A DNA stretch of 64,000 bases from Harriotta raleighana (lineage: Eukaryota): positions 8,276,012 to 8,340,011 of the forward strand of contig JBNZDD010013730.1 of the NCBI GenBank assembly GCA_050575255.1, given 5' to 3'. Under the pieces are notes generated by a model. The model was not told where the DNA came from, did not search any database, and saw nothing but the letters and a program-made list of their open reading frames with translations. The position numbers and the translations under genes are program-made. This document shows positions 14,352 to 27,190 of this stretch, piece by piece; position 1 is the stretch's first letter, and the number at the start of each line of letters is the position of its first letter.

Positions 14352-14608
14352 CGGTGCATTTCATATAGCGCTTTTCACAATGGGAGAACCTCTCAAAAGA
14401 GTTTCTCTTTTCAATTAGTGCCATTGGAATTGTTAATGTCTACTTGAACAGACAGATGTGACCTCAATTTATCTGTCTGAAGGATGGCATCTTTTAACAA
14501 TGTATTTATCCTCCAGCACTGTATTGGAATGTCAGGCTGATCTTGGGGCTTGAACCCACAATCTTCTGACTCAAAGGCAAGCCTGCTACCAAGTGAGCCA
14601 GGCTGACA
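14352..14608 (-). mobile_element. Older SINE, same family as 59596
   Basis: cttgaacccacaatcttctgactcaaaggcaag...tgagccaggctgaca is the reverse complement of the 59596 head; L2-like tail at about 14355-14395. Confidence 0.6.
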
Positions 14609-17600
14609 TCTATGCTTCTAATGCAGTTCTGCTTGCCTATGAATGTATGACCTAACCGATATTAGCCAATCTTCCGGGATATAATATTACATCTTAAAGA
14701 TAAAGTGTCATGTTTATGAAACATTCACGTAATTCAAGCGCAAAATTGTGCAGATAAAACAGATCGCATGCAGTGCAAATATAGATTTCCTGATCCAGGT
14801 ATAACACTTAACTACATATTGCTGATACCACTGTAAAATAAAATAGATATTAATCATTCTTGTTTCCATTGCTCAGCACCCTAAATCTTGTGTAAAAAAA
14901 AACTTGCATAATGCTAATTTACATTAAATTGCAGCACAATAATGACATGTGTTAGTAAACATTTTGACCCAACCATAAACTGATCTGTGTAAACTCGTTA
15001 TACATTGATCAATGCTGATCTGTACCACACTGAGCAACTTTATTGACATAACTATTGTTGTTGTCCCAAGGTTACTTGGAAAATTCTTACAAGCCACACT
15101 GATCATATTTTGATCGACACTCTTACTTCACATCCCAAATGTCTGACATTCTACTCTCACACCAATGCAAACAATTCAATTTCTAAACTCTTGGCTTTTA
15201 CATTGGGTGGTGAAGCTAGAGAGAGGAACTGTCAAGTGAAGGATCTCACCTCAGCAGGAGGAAATGCAAAGACTATCTGTCACACCTCACAACAAAATCA
15301 CACCTTTTATATGCTTAACATAGAGTGACACTGGGAACAGTCTGTGATCTCATCTGCCATCTAAAGCTGAAGGAACACGAGTGAAGCCATGAGGCCATAA
15401 AGGCAACTCAATGAAGAAATGTACAGGAGGTGTAAATTATATACTGAAAGGTCATTTTCTAAGCTTTTTGAAGTGCAGAATGAGGAGATCAGACAAGGGA
15501 TCCATTACATGTGGCCTAAAAGAATAGCGCATGGACAACCAAATCCAAGGTATATTATAATCCTGCAGAAAGTTCAGCACAGTTGGAAGCCTTTTGGCTC
15601 AAGGTACCTATGCCAAGAGAGTTTTCCCATATTCCTGATATTTCCACCCATACCATTTCAGATTTTTATTCTTCAAGTGTCTATCTAATTGCCTTTTAGA
15701 TGATGCAGTGAACTCTGCTTCATGTGTGTGACACATGTATCTGCTTTTTGTTAAAATATCCGATCCAGTGGATCTGCACCACATCTTCTGTTTTGACTTT
15801 CAAGGATTGAAAAGAATTCAAATAAAAAATGTAATTAATGAGAGACAGATCCATCGCTAGGGTGAAGCTGCACACTATGAATTCTTTAATATCACATCTT
15901 TTCAGGCTAGAAAACAACAATATTTGTGTGTTAACATAAGGGAATGCATGAGATGTTTAGTCCATGTTTAATTTTCTTTGGTGACAGTCCGGTTGACAGG
16001 AGGTTTGCTCCTTGTCTGTTTGTTTTGGTTAACTATCTAAACCAGTTCCCAACCAGCGTAATAGTAGTGCTTCAGCCTGCCATTGGAACTGCCATTCCAA
16101 TACATCTGAAACTAATGATTATTTTGGTGAGCTCATAGTCCAGAGGCTGTTATTTTAACTGGAGGAATCATAGGAAATCCTTGTTTTCATGATTTGGAAC
16201 ACTTTCGGTAGTTAGTTAGAAAATCACAAAGCACAAACCAAGTAAAAGGTTGAAACATCTGTTTGACATAAATTTGACATGATTCTCAAGAACTCAGGAT
16301 TTATTTTGGATTTCCTAATCCTTAAAATATTGATTTATTTTTATTGTTTAATTTGGATGGACTTGCCTGTAAAAAGCCTATCAAACTTTTATGAATCACA
16401 ATCAATAATTCGTTCTTGGTTCGTGCTCACTGCAATGAACGAAGGTGTGTGAGGTCAATAGAAATAGGCAGGTATTACTGATCGATAGATCCTATGGAAA
16501 TGGTTTATTGTTATCCTTTTCACACCAAAGTTGATTTGGAGATTGTCTCCCATGTTGGCCACATATTACACAGTCAGTACACTGTATAGTGAATCCTATC
16601 AAGAACTTTGCGATGTCCTCCCAATGCGAAAGGCGCTATCATTATTATATTCTTGTATTGAATATGTGATAAGAGTGTAATTGCTTTTCATGCCAGGAGG
16701 TCAACTCAAAAGTGTTTCACTTGATTTGTCGGAGAGTGTAGTTAGTATCTGTGTATTTTGCAGGATAATATACAAGCCAATTTGCATAGAGCACAATCGC
16801 ACAAACAACTATAACGTGAATGGTCCCTAATGTCATAAATAGAAAAAAGAGATTTGTGTTTGAATTATTTATCCAATTATAGATTTCCCCTTTAAAATGT
16901 TGAAAACTGTGAATAAAAATTGCCACCCACTGCCATTAATGCCAAAATACTCAACTGAATGGTTATCATAATAGTTAACACTGGAGTCTATTCTACTGTA
17001 TCTACAAATATAAAAAGAACTGCAATCCTCTGCTACTACAATTGATACTCCAGCCACTCTTTATATATGTCTGCTGTTTAAACTCAGTGATCAATTAACC
17101 TGATACACAAAGGTGAAACAGAATCATCAGGCAGCCTTATTAAATGTAAATTACTGCCTCATAAAACTATCAATGTCAAATAAAAGTTCCGGCGTTCAGC
17201 ATTGCAGCTTTGCTGTTCTGTTTTGTTAAAAATAGAAAATGTAAGCTTAAGGGAGTCTCTCTGACAATAGTGTGGCAATAGGATAACAGATCAGTTGCAA
17301 TGCACTGTGCAGAAAAATGGTAAGATGTTACACTTTTCCCATGATTCCCTTCCAATCTCTGGTAGCTCATCAAGGGAACCAACAAGAAGATGCTAAGTAT
17401 CTCCCCACAGGAAGAGAGTGAAAATCAGATGGCAAGTCAGCCACATTGTTCTCATGTATCTCCCAGAGGCTAAGTGGCAGCAATAAAGGAAGATTGCCAG
17501 TGCAGAGAATAGTGTATGGTCAAAACGAAATAAAGATGGGATAAAAATCAGAGCCAAAAATTAGGGAAACAATATGGCTGCAATCGCTTCCAAATGTAAT

Positions 17601-20600
17601 ACAAATCCCCACGGATGTTGCTGACATTTCCAACAGATTTCTATTGCCTCTGACAGTGGGAAACATATTCAGCTGGAAAACAAGTCCTTTCAGCTCTCAG
17701 CATAAATAGTGCTCATGCTGTGGATCCATATTTGTTTTGTAATCTTCTATGAAATGAAACACTAACGTTAACAAAATTCTTTCTGAATAAGTTATCAAGT
17801 GAAATGTACTCACCTACCAATCTTACTGGTAAAACACCAATTTCATCCACAGTATGAAGATTGCCCAGTATAGTGTGTGGACCTAACATTAATTTCTCTT
17901 GTAAAAATACAGTTTTAAATTTTACAATTACAAACGAAACGTAAGCCTATCAAACTTTTAATAGAAAACTCCCTCCACTAAACATGGCAACACAGGAGGT
18001 GGTTGTCAAGGGAGATCTGAGAAGTTTTATCAGTCCATCCAGGAAAAGGTTATCAGCTGTGCTACACAGCTGTGAGGAAGATAAGATAGTCTGATATCAG
18101 ACAGCTCTGGCAACTTGGCTTGAATTAAATTTCTAAAGCTTTGCAACAGAACACTTTATGATATGACAGAACTGTCTGCCAGACAGTACAAAGGAGCTGA
18201 AAGTATCTCAGGCAACTCTGCAAAAACAACAATAGATAAAGAATTAATTGACTTTAACCATTCAAGTATTGCCCTTCCATTGAAGCTTGTAAGATCCAGA
18301 AGTGTAGGTATGTAACCTCTTTTTGTGGCATTACCACAATTTACCCTCCTAAACAGAGTGCTGTTTTCCATGTTGCTGCTGGGATGGATATAGTTTAGAA
18401 GGAACAGTTTAATTTCCCAGATTCTTTTCATTCATTCGTATTTTTAAATTGAATATTCTAATCATGCCAAAAAATGGAAATAACATCCATAGATTAAACT
18501 AATCTGCACCCTGGTTGATCCTAGTGATTTGAAAAAATCGAATGTGTCAGGCCACTAAAGAGGGAGTAGACAAAGTATTTTCACCCATAACCATGCACAT
18601 TACAGGTCATTTTAAGGGATGTCCAGGTTCTTTTTCCCCTTACCTTTAATGCCTATTTTTTCACTGCAAGTTTGCCAATTGTTGGTAGAGAGTCAAACGG
18701 CTTTAATGTTATTTTTCCTTAAATTGTCTGCTATTGCTAAAACAATAAAATAAATCATGTTTCCTTCCAATGCCCCAGTAATATTTCATCATGTTGGTAC
18801 AACTTTATCCTGGTAATGCACAATGATAAAATCACACACATTTACTTTGCTGAATGACTTTGAAATGTTTCATGCAGTACTCCCAAATGTACAATAAATC
18901 CGGGCAAGTGTATAACAGTTTACTCACATTTCAACTGAATTAAAGTTTATTTGCAACAGAACGTAACAAGAGAAAGTAAGCACATAATGCTTACTAAATA
19001 CAAAAGATGTTATAATATGATTTAAAGTGCAGCTAGCAGAAAAAATATTTCTTAAAAAACATGAATGAATCCGTTTACATTGAAATGTATGGATATTGCT
19101 ACTTTATATTTCCTGTGTTTTTCTGACATTTATCAGCTGAATTTAACGTGCGCTTATCCTGCCCGTTTCCTTACATCACTGCACTTCATGATGCTCTCTG
19201 CAGGCCATGTTTTCCCAGGGATAGAGCTTGCTTAGAGGTTTATTGTTTATTGTTTTTTGATAACAGTTGAACATTTGTATAAAATTATAGCAAAAGGTAT
19301 ATCCCCATGAACATGCTTGAATGCTTAGTCAACATAAACTGCTTCAACATATCCTTTGATGCATAACGTAGTTATTTATTTGCTGATGCGCTAGTAGGCT
19401 GACATTTCATAAAACTTGCTATGTCACTATGGGCTTACTAAATTCTCATTCTATTGATCGCAGAAATAATCCTTAAGTGGGACAAATGATCATCACAAAT
19501 CTGCTTCTATATCCATTATATTTAGAAGCTTTTTTTAAAAAAAGAAATGTTAAAAGTATTTAGGACACACAGTAAGCATCGAGGAGATGGAGANTCTATA
19601 TCCATTATATTTAGAAGCTTTTTTTAAAAAAAGAAATGTTAAAATGTCGTATTTAGGACACACAGTAAGCATCGAGGAGATGGAGGGTGATGTTCTGATG
19701 TTTGTGGAAGCTCCAACTAAGAAATGGAAGATAGTGCAAGAGCTTATATCCCTTACTGCTTGAGTTTCTTAGTTCACAGTGAAGAAGACAGGCACAGAAT
19801 TTGATTAAGGCAATAAATGATTGCTGATTTATGTGTTGACTTACTGACAGATTGACAGTCTCAGTCAGTGGTCTTTCTGAAACTCACAAAGGTTGACAGC
19901 AGCCCTCAAATTCCAAATTGCAAGCTCCTTTCAACCAACTGCAAATTTTCTAGCCATGAGGTGATCCTCTGCTTACTTGCTATCTTGTCCGTAGCCCAGG
20001 AGCACCAGAAGTAAACTGACCCTGACTTGTGTTTTATTTTCAGATTTTGCACAGTGGCATTGATTACACGCTATCTTTTAGAGAATAAAATTACTTTCCA
20101 CGCAGAGTGCCATTCTGTGAACGTGTGTTTGCTGCTAAACATGGTACTGTACATGTGTTTGGTTGAGCTTTCAGAATCCTGACATGATTTTATTCTGTCT
20201 CGATTCTCGGGGACATTAAGATCAAAGTTTGTTGGTGGGAAATACTTGTTAGAGTGCCAGCCTGTTTATATCCATGTTTCATCCATACATTATAACACAA
20301 TGAAAGAGTGTTTACATTTATTTATAATTATATTCATTTATATAAAACAACAACTTAAGGACATCCCAAGACATGGTTTTCACCTGATCTGGGTGTGGAG
20401 CTGACTGGGTTACAATGAGGGGAGAAATGTAGCCATAACTGCTGTCAAAGAGGAATGTCTTTGAGGAGGAATGTTGGTGGAGGTGAGGGACAGGTTGAGT
20501 CGAAGGGATGGAGTTTCAGACGGTGAGGCTGATATGCTGAAAGTCTGATAGCAGAGGCTGAGATGTGAAGTAGGCATCCATTGTTTAGGCTTTGAGCAAA

Positions 20601-23535
20601 AAAAATTTTTTGCGCATCTTTCAGAATCACTATGGTTTGGGGAATTGATTGCTAATAATAATAATAATGCTGTATTCTTTGTGAAACTCCGATACTACTA
20701 GGGAAGGGACACAACTTATTTATCAGGATTTCGTTTAGGCAACAACTTTCACTATCAGTCATAGAAACACATATCACTTTCCCCTTTATTATTGATTTTT
20801 AAAAATCGGAGAAGTTATTGAATNGAAGGGACACAACTTATTTATCAGGATTTCGTTTAGGCAACAACTTTCACCATCAGTCATAGAAACACATACCACT
20901 TTCCCCTTTATTATTGATTTTTAAAAATCGGAGAAGTTATTGAATCAGCTGGGGGATGAATAACTGTTAGTAGATACAGTACCTGCAAAATGCTAAAGAA
21001 TCTTGTTATTTGACTGTTTATGTCCATTCGTCTCCCAATTATATTGTGGGCTCAGTCATCTCCCTCCCTCACCCCACTTCCCCAAACAAAGCCATAAGTT
21101 TTGTATCACTGCTTAAACAAATAGGTTTTAAAAGTGCAGAAATAAACACTGGGAGCATTCAGTAAGAGGCGCTGGTGGTAACCAAAGCTATTTAGGTCTT
21201 TGGATCTGGCTACTTTTCTTTGCTAACTTGATTATTTTCGATCCATCCTTTGTTTCTTCAAAACATAACACCAACCAAGAGCATACATGGCAAACAAACA
21301 GGCAAGTTACCGACAGGCAAAATGTAATTATACACAGTTGCATGCTTCTAAAATGTTCCTAAACATCTAGGGACTTTCTTAACAGCTGATGCTGTGGCTC
21401 CTGAACCTCAAGATTTAGCCCCTCTGGACTAGGAATGCTGACACACAGGCTCTGCTAAAGTTGTGGCTTCCATGGAGCAAACAGCTGCCAGACTTGTGAT
21501 GAGGGAAAATAAAACCCCCAGCAATGTCCCTGCAATGTCTCACATGATGCTTGACAGAATACATCCACGGAACCAACACTCTTTTGAGTAGAACTGCATA
21601 GTTTTGCAAATCCACATCAGATGCAATTATTCGGTAGTCAGATAAATTGTTTTAATCTCTAGTGTGGACTGTAACTCAGTAGAGATTCAGTTAAGATTGA
21701 CTGGTTTTGAGACGAATCTGGACAGAGTCCCAAGGGTGAAAAACACATGGAGTGAGGAAAGGCCATTCATTCCATATGTTGGTGGACTCTTGCTCAGACT
21801 CTTGGCAGTGTGTCCAATTGGACAGCAAGATATACACATAGCATAGTTTGATCATAATTCATTTGACTTGAACAATCTGAAGCCCATGAGCTACACTTCC
21901 AATTTGATTAATTAATGTTTGGATGTTTTAAGTTAATATTTTAAATGACAGGTTTATTATGAGACCAGTATTTTGCAGAATAATATTTTAACAATAGACT
22001 GAATAAACCTTGACACATAACTTTAAATCCATCTTGTGGGTGAAATAGCCAGATAATTAGATGAAAATCAAATGTACATATCAATGTTTGTTGGGCTATT
22101 TTGTTAATGTCACCAATCCTCCGCTGGGCTGGATATGAATCCCCAAATCAAATATACTGAGTCTTTCCATGCAGCCTCTGCATACACCTTTGATTCCATA
22201 GTTAATTACATTTCTGTCTATTTGAATGAATTATAATTGATTAATAAGCACAGCCCTAATTCACTCATTGTTTTCACTCATTCAAACACATCAAGATGAG
22301 TGCTCATGCACGCAAAAGAGCTTTCTAAGTTTACTTTTCAGAATTAAATCATTGTGAAATATTGATAAAACTTAGCTTAAGTTTGTTTCATCCAATTAAA
22401 TCATTGCATAATATTGATTACCTCCATGACATGATATTATTACATTGTAAAAAGAGAAGTATTGGTATTAGAAGTGACCTATTAAGCTAGCCTTATTCCT
22501 ACATTGGAATTTTCTTACAGATCAGATGTATCTGGTTTGATAATTTGCCAGAATGCATGCAATATGAGATCTCTTGCCTTTAGTCAATCTACTGGGTGAC
22601 ATCCAATAATGGCATTTCAGGAAATATATCACTGCGCATTGCGGTTATTGATTAACCCAATCCTAGAATGTATTTTGACCTGTTGATGTTCACCTTTGAT
22701 CTGGACTCTCAAAATTGCCAGCCCTACTCTTTTTACAATACTAAATCCTAATAACACTGCGAGTCGTTAAAAATCGACTGTTCCCAGCCAAAATCATTTT
22801 CAAAACTAATTGGTTGATTGAATTGAATATATTAACGTCATTGCTTACACTGTCATTAATTTTACTGTATAGATGCCTTATTCTGTAATAAATGTTCTGC
22901 TATTGATATGTTCTTTTAAAATTTATTAAATTTATATACGTACAATAAAAATGAACAATACGATACAAATTTACCCTTATGTAGCGCCTTTCGCATCAGG
23001 TGATTGACAAAAGTATATAATAAGAAAAGATTAATATATTGCTGAACTGAAGAATACTGTATAGAACAACTCATTAGTAACAATTGGTATTGAACTAACA
23101 GATTTATAGATGGACCCACTTTATGCAGAACATGATTGATGGATGAATAGTCTATTCCTGTACATGTGTTACTTCCATCAGGCTGTTGGATGGATAGCCT
23201 CCTGTCTCTATGTTACTGTGGCATATATGTACAACACATGATGCACTTGATGATATAATGTCTCTCCGCCTGGGTAGTGGCCCTTATTCACGCTATTGAC
23301 TCTTTCTCTTACATTTTGTGGCTTAATCTTATAGAGTAAATAAAATGTATTCACAAAGGAAATTGCTTTTCTGCACCAGCACACGATTTACTGTCGAGCA
23401 GTTAGATTGTCGGAAACTGCACTGCAGTGAGACTTCACCAGGTATTCATTGCATGAATTGCAGTTGGTGGTACAGTGGCATAAAACTGGTGTTTGAACCA
23501 TATTTGATGTGTCAATTATTTATTCGTTTATATTG

Positions 23536-24350
23536 TTTCTGAGGAAATGGATGGCAGTGTTGGGCAGTCCAGCTTGTTTTAGTTATTGTGCCAGATTCTC
23601 CAACTTGAGATACAGTTTGTACAAATCTGTTACCCTCCAGCAACTCATTTCTCACTAGACCTCTATCACTGAAGAGAAGAGAATGACATTCTCCCTTTAG
23701 TTTTCAAATGTTTTGCTTTTTAAGGAGATTAAATCCATTATAGAGGTCCTTGGCCTGGCATGAAAACTTCTGGGATAAATGGTTAAATGCAAACGCAGCA
23801 TCTGTACAGCACAGAGTTTATCACTTATTAAAGACACGTAAAACAAGACAAAAAATCTTTAGCCTTCACTTCCTTCTCAGCTTGTCACATATGATTTAAC
23901 TTCTTGCCATGTTAAATGCATATTTCATTATGACATTGCTACCACTCTACGCCTCCAGTGTTGACTTTGGTTGCCTCTGTCAACCACTATTATTGGCAGT
24001 ATCCCAGCAGAGCTCACTCTGTCTCACAGACAGATTAGGCAGGAGTGCTGAATAATATCTCACTGGTATTTTATACCCCTGCAGAGATTGCAGTTGCAAG
24101 CAAGCGTACTAATCCTTGATTTACTGGAGAAGTAATATACCATTCATAGCATTTTTGAGATTTTAAAGATTTGGGGTGGATTTAAAGATTTTTGTTTCTG
24201 AGGCAACAGATGGCAGCGTTGGGCAATCCAGCACCCATCTGTTTTTTTTCAGTCATCGTTGCAGTTTCTCTAAGTTGAGGTGCGGTTTGTACTAGTCTAT
24301 TTCCCTCTAGCAACTCATTTCTCATCGACCCCTTTCTCACTGACATGAGA
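23536..24350 (+). repeat. Diverged direct repeat of about 140 bp (about 23536-23680 and 24196-24350)
   Basis: Shared blocks tttctgagg, gatggcag(t/c)gttgggca(g/a)tccagc, gtttgtac and agcaactcatttctca appear in the same order. Confidence 0.75.
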
Positions 24351-26024
24351 ATTCCTCCATCCTGTCCTCAATTCAGTCAGATCCCAGAATCTACTCATTC
24401 AAAATATTTATTTTTATCAACCCAATAGCAAGAGTAAGATTTTCCTTCAAAGGTTTTTTTTCCCCTTCTTTTCCGTAGTTTGCGTTTCTAATTTCTGTCA
24501 CAATGGAAGTTGTTTTAATGCAGTTTGAAACAAGGCTGTTTTATTTTTAAAACCAACATTCCCCCCCAGGGCCCGAAGGTGAACTTGGATTATTTTGTCG
24601 AATGACTATTCCAATCGATCACCCACATTCCTAGAGCAATAGCCTCAGAACCTGTCAATTGAAATGCCAATGAATAGAATGGACCGTCTTTCACCAATGC
24701 AGCATCCAATGCAGTGACCTGGATTTTCCCTACAGTTGTCTGCATTTAACAGAAGGCAAGATGCTTTTCTCCAGACAATAAGCTCTGATTTGTGGTAATT
24801 CTTTGCTGATTTCTTAATAATGTTCGTGTAATTTTTGAATTTCCAAAACATTAACTGCGGTGAAGGGATGCAAATAGTGGGTGTGATTTTACTCGTCTAG
24901 GCAATACAATTCAATGAAGGACAATTTGTTGTTTTAACTTGACATTTCAATGTGTCAATGGAACTATCTTGTGTAGTCAATGGAACTGCAGTATCTTATG
25001 AGCAATGGCGTTGACATTCTCAAAATGCAACATTTATCAGGATTTTTCACGTGCTATTAAAATGTAGTCAGAGTCTTTGTTAGTTTCACCTCTTCTGGAG
25101 TGATGATGCATGCGGATGAGCTGAATGTTTGCCACAAGTGCTGCATCAAACAATCGGTGGCAAAAAAGGGGCAGGTAAACTGCTGGCATAGACTGGCGTC
25201 AGTTTATGCCAGGTCACCATCAAAGGATTGAACCTATTTAGTTTTCTTTCTACAGTTGGAGTGAAGCCAGCTTTTGCAACATCATTTGTTTGGCAGTCTG
25301 CTGTGCCACCTTCAGTTTCAGTTCAACACATCAGTGCTTCTAAAACACTGAAAGGAAAGGCCTCACCAGCAATTGTTTGACACCATAAAATGCCTTGAGT
25401 TTGAGGAGAAGCACACAAAACTCTGGCCTCCACACCAAAGTGATGTGACTCACCAGTCCTGCCAGTGATTACTCACACCCTTCTCAAAAGTCTTATGTGT
25501 CTGTTGGTCCATTGTAGCTGCAGCATGAGTGACCTGCAGCGGGTCTAACTTAATTCTATAACGCAACATAAATGGTAACATGATCAAAACGTTTAAATAT
25601 ATATTGCACTTGGATCATAAACTAAGCACTATTCTCTTAATTATTCAGCTTGGGAACTGAAGTAGGATAGAGAAAATCAATGTGGTGAATAATCAATATT
25701 ATGACTAAATGCATTTCATAATGCTTTATTCTGTGGGCCAAGATTTCTGTTGCGTTGTGCACAGTGACAAAATTCTTATGAAATAAAAAATAGTCATATA
25801 CCGTTGGGATCAATACAATGTTTGTAATTTTTTATATTTGAGCCCTTAACCCATGCCACTCAGGTATTTTCCATAATGTAAAAATCATGCAGAAAAATGC
25901 ATATTGGTAGTGAATGACTGAAGTTTCTTTGAAAGTTTCCGACAAGCTATCAAATTCCTGCTGATGGTATAATCATCACGGTTTGTTAAAAAATAGTTGG
26001 GTGGTAAATGTGGAGTTAGCAAGT

Positions 26025-26393
26025 GTTAGCTTGGCTCAGTTTGTTGTACTTTACCTCAGGGTTAAAAGATTGAAGACTTCAGTTTCTAGTCTAGCCCATT
26101 ACTCCACTGAAGGATGTGTTGAGCTGTCAGAAATGTTAACTTGCAGATGAAAAATTAAATCAGTTTTGGATGCTGCAAGATTGGAGCCACTATTTAAAAA
26201 GAAAGGGAATTCCACCCAATGACTCGTCCAGTATTTTTGCCGACTTATGGGCAAAGTGACCCTCGCGGTTATTTGTCAAATTTAGACAGCGCAAGTTATT
26301 TCCAAATACGCCTACAATACAGGTAAACTCACTTGACTGGAATTACTTTCAAAGCACTTGGAGGCATGGTAAAACGCTATAAAAATGCAAGCT
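26025..26393 (+). mobile_element. Degenerate SINE, same family as 59596
   Basis: gttagcttggctcagtt head, aaaaagaaagggaatt core, aaagcacttgg...aaaacgctataaaaatgcaagc tail. Confidence 0.5.
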
Positions 26394-26850
26394 TTTAAAA
26401 TTTCACATGGATTGTATTCACGGGGAGCTGCTAGGTGGCAGATGGCAGTGCTCTCAGTGCTGAAATCTTGATAAGAATGAACCTTAAGTACTTACATTAA
26501 GATGTGGCTTCACATATTGTAGAATTCCTTTATCAATCATCAATCAAAATTGTATTTATATACATCAACATTCTTTTGTCTTTTGTGATTCTCTTGATTC
26601 ACAGATTGCAGAACAGTGAATAGTTCTGAGTTGTACTGAAAGTTGTCTCTATTGTGTCTTTTAGATTTTTTGTTCACCCATCAGGACTTTTGCCTATGTA
26701 TATGTTTCAGCATATTAACTTAATTTTTTTTAAAAAACTCTTTCTCCCTATCCTGAAAACAATGTGCTAGAATGTGGTTCGAAGGGTACTGGCTACCCTC
26801 CAGTAACTCACCCATAGTGATGAACATTCCCTTGCCTGGATACTGAGCGT

Positions 26851-27061
26851 TAATAAAATAATAATAATAATCCTTGCATTTGATATATGCTTTTCACATC
26901 TTCTAGATGTCTCAAAGCACTTCATAGAATAGACTGTAAAGTGTATTGACTGTATATATGTGGGTAAAACGCGGCAACCACAGCTGTATCCCACAAACGG
27001 GGGATTGAAGGTATTTTTTTGAGGGATTCTTCTTAGGAATGTGGAGTAAGGAAATTTGCCA
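26851..27061 (-). mobile_element. SINE fragment, 57988 family
   Basis: (aat)n ccttgcatttgatatatgcttttcacatcttctagatgtctcaaagcacttcatagaat...gtggagtaaggaaatttgcc. Confidence 0.7.
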
Positions 27062-27163
27062 ACTGAACTGTCATGGTAGCCCCAAGAGATTCACGTACTA
27101 AAGGATCTTCTTGGTCATTCTATGAGCTGTGAAGTAATTGATTGTGTCTTTACTGTCTTTCAG

Positions 27164-27190
27164 GCCTTCCTAATACCATCAGCAGTCGGC
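27164..27190 (+). CDS. NTNG1: Netrin-G 27-nt microexon (CLPNTISSR), counterpart of the NTNG1 CIPSISSIG exon
   Basis: Acceptor tgtctttactgtctttcag| and consensus donor |GTAAGT; phase 1-1. Supplies the final Cys of LE1 (T+GC). Length and position match the 27-nt NTNG1 exon as recalled. Confidence 0.88.
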
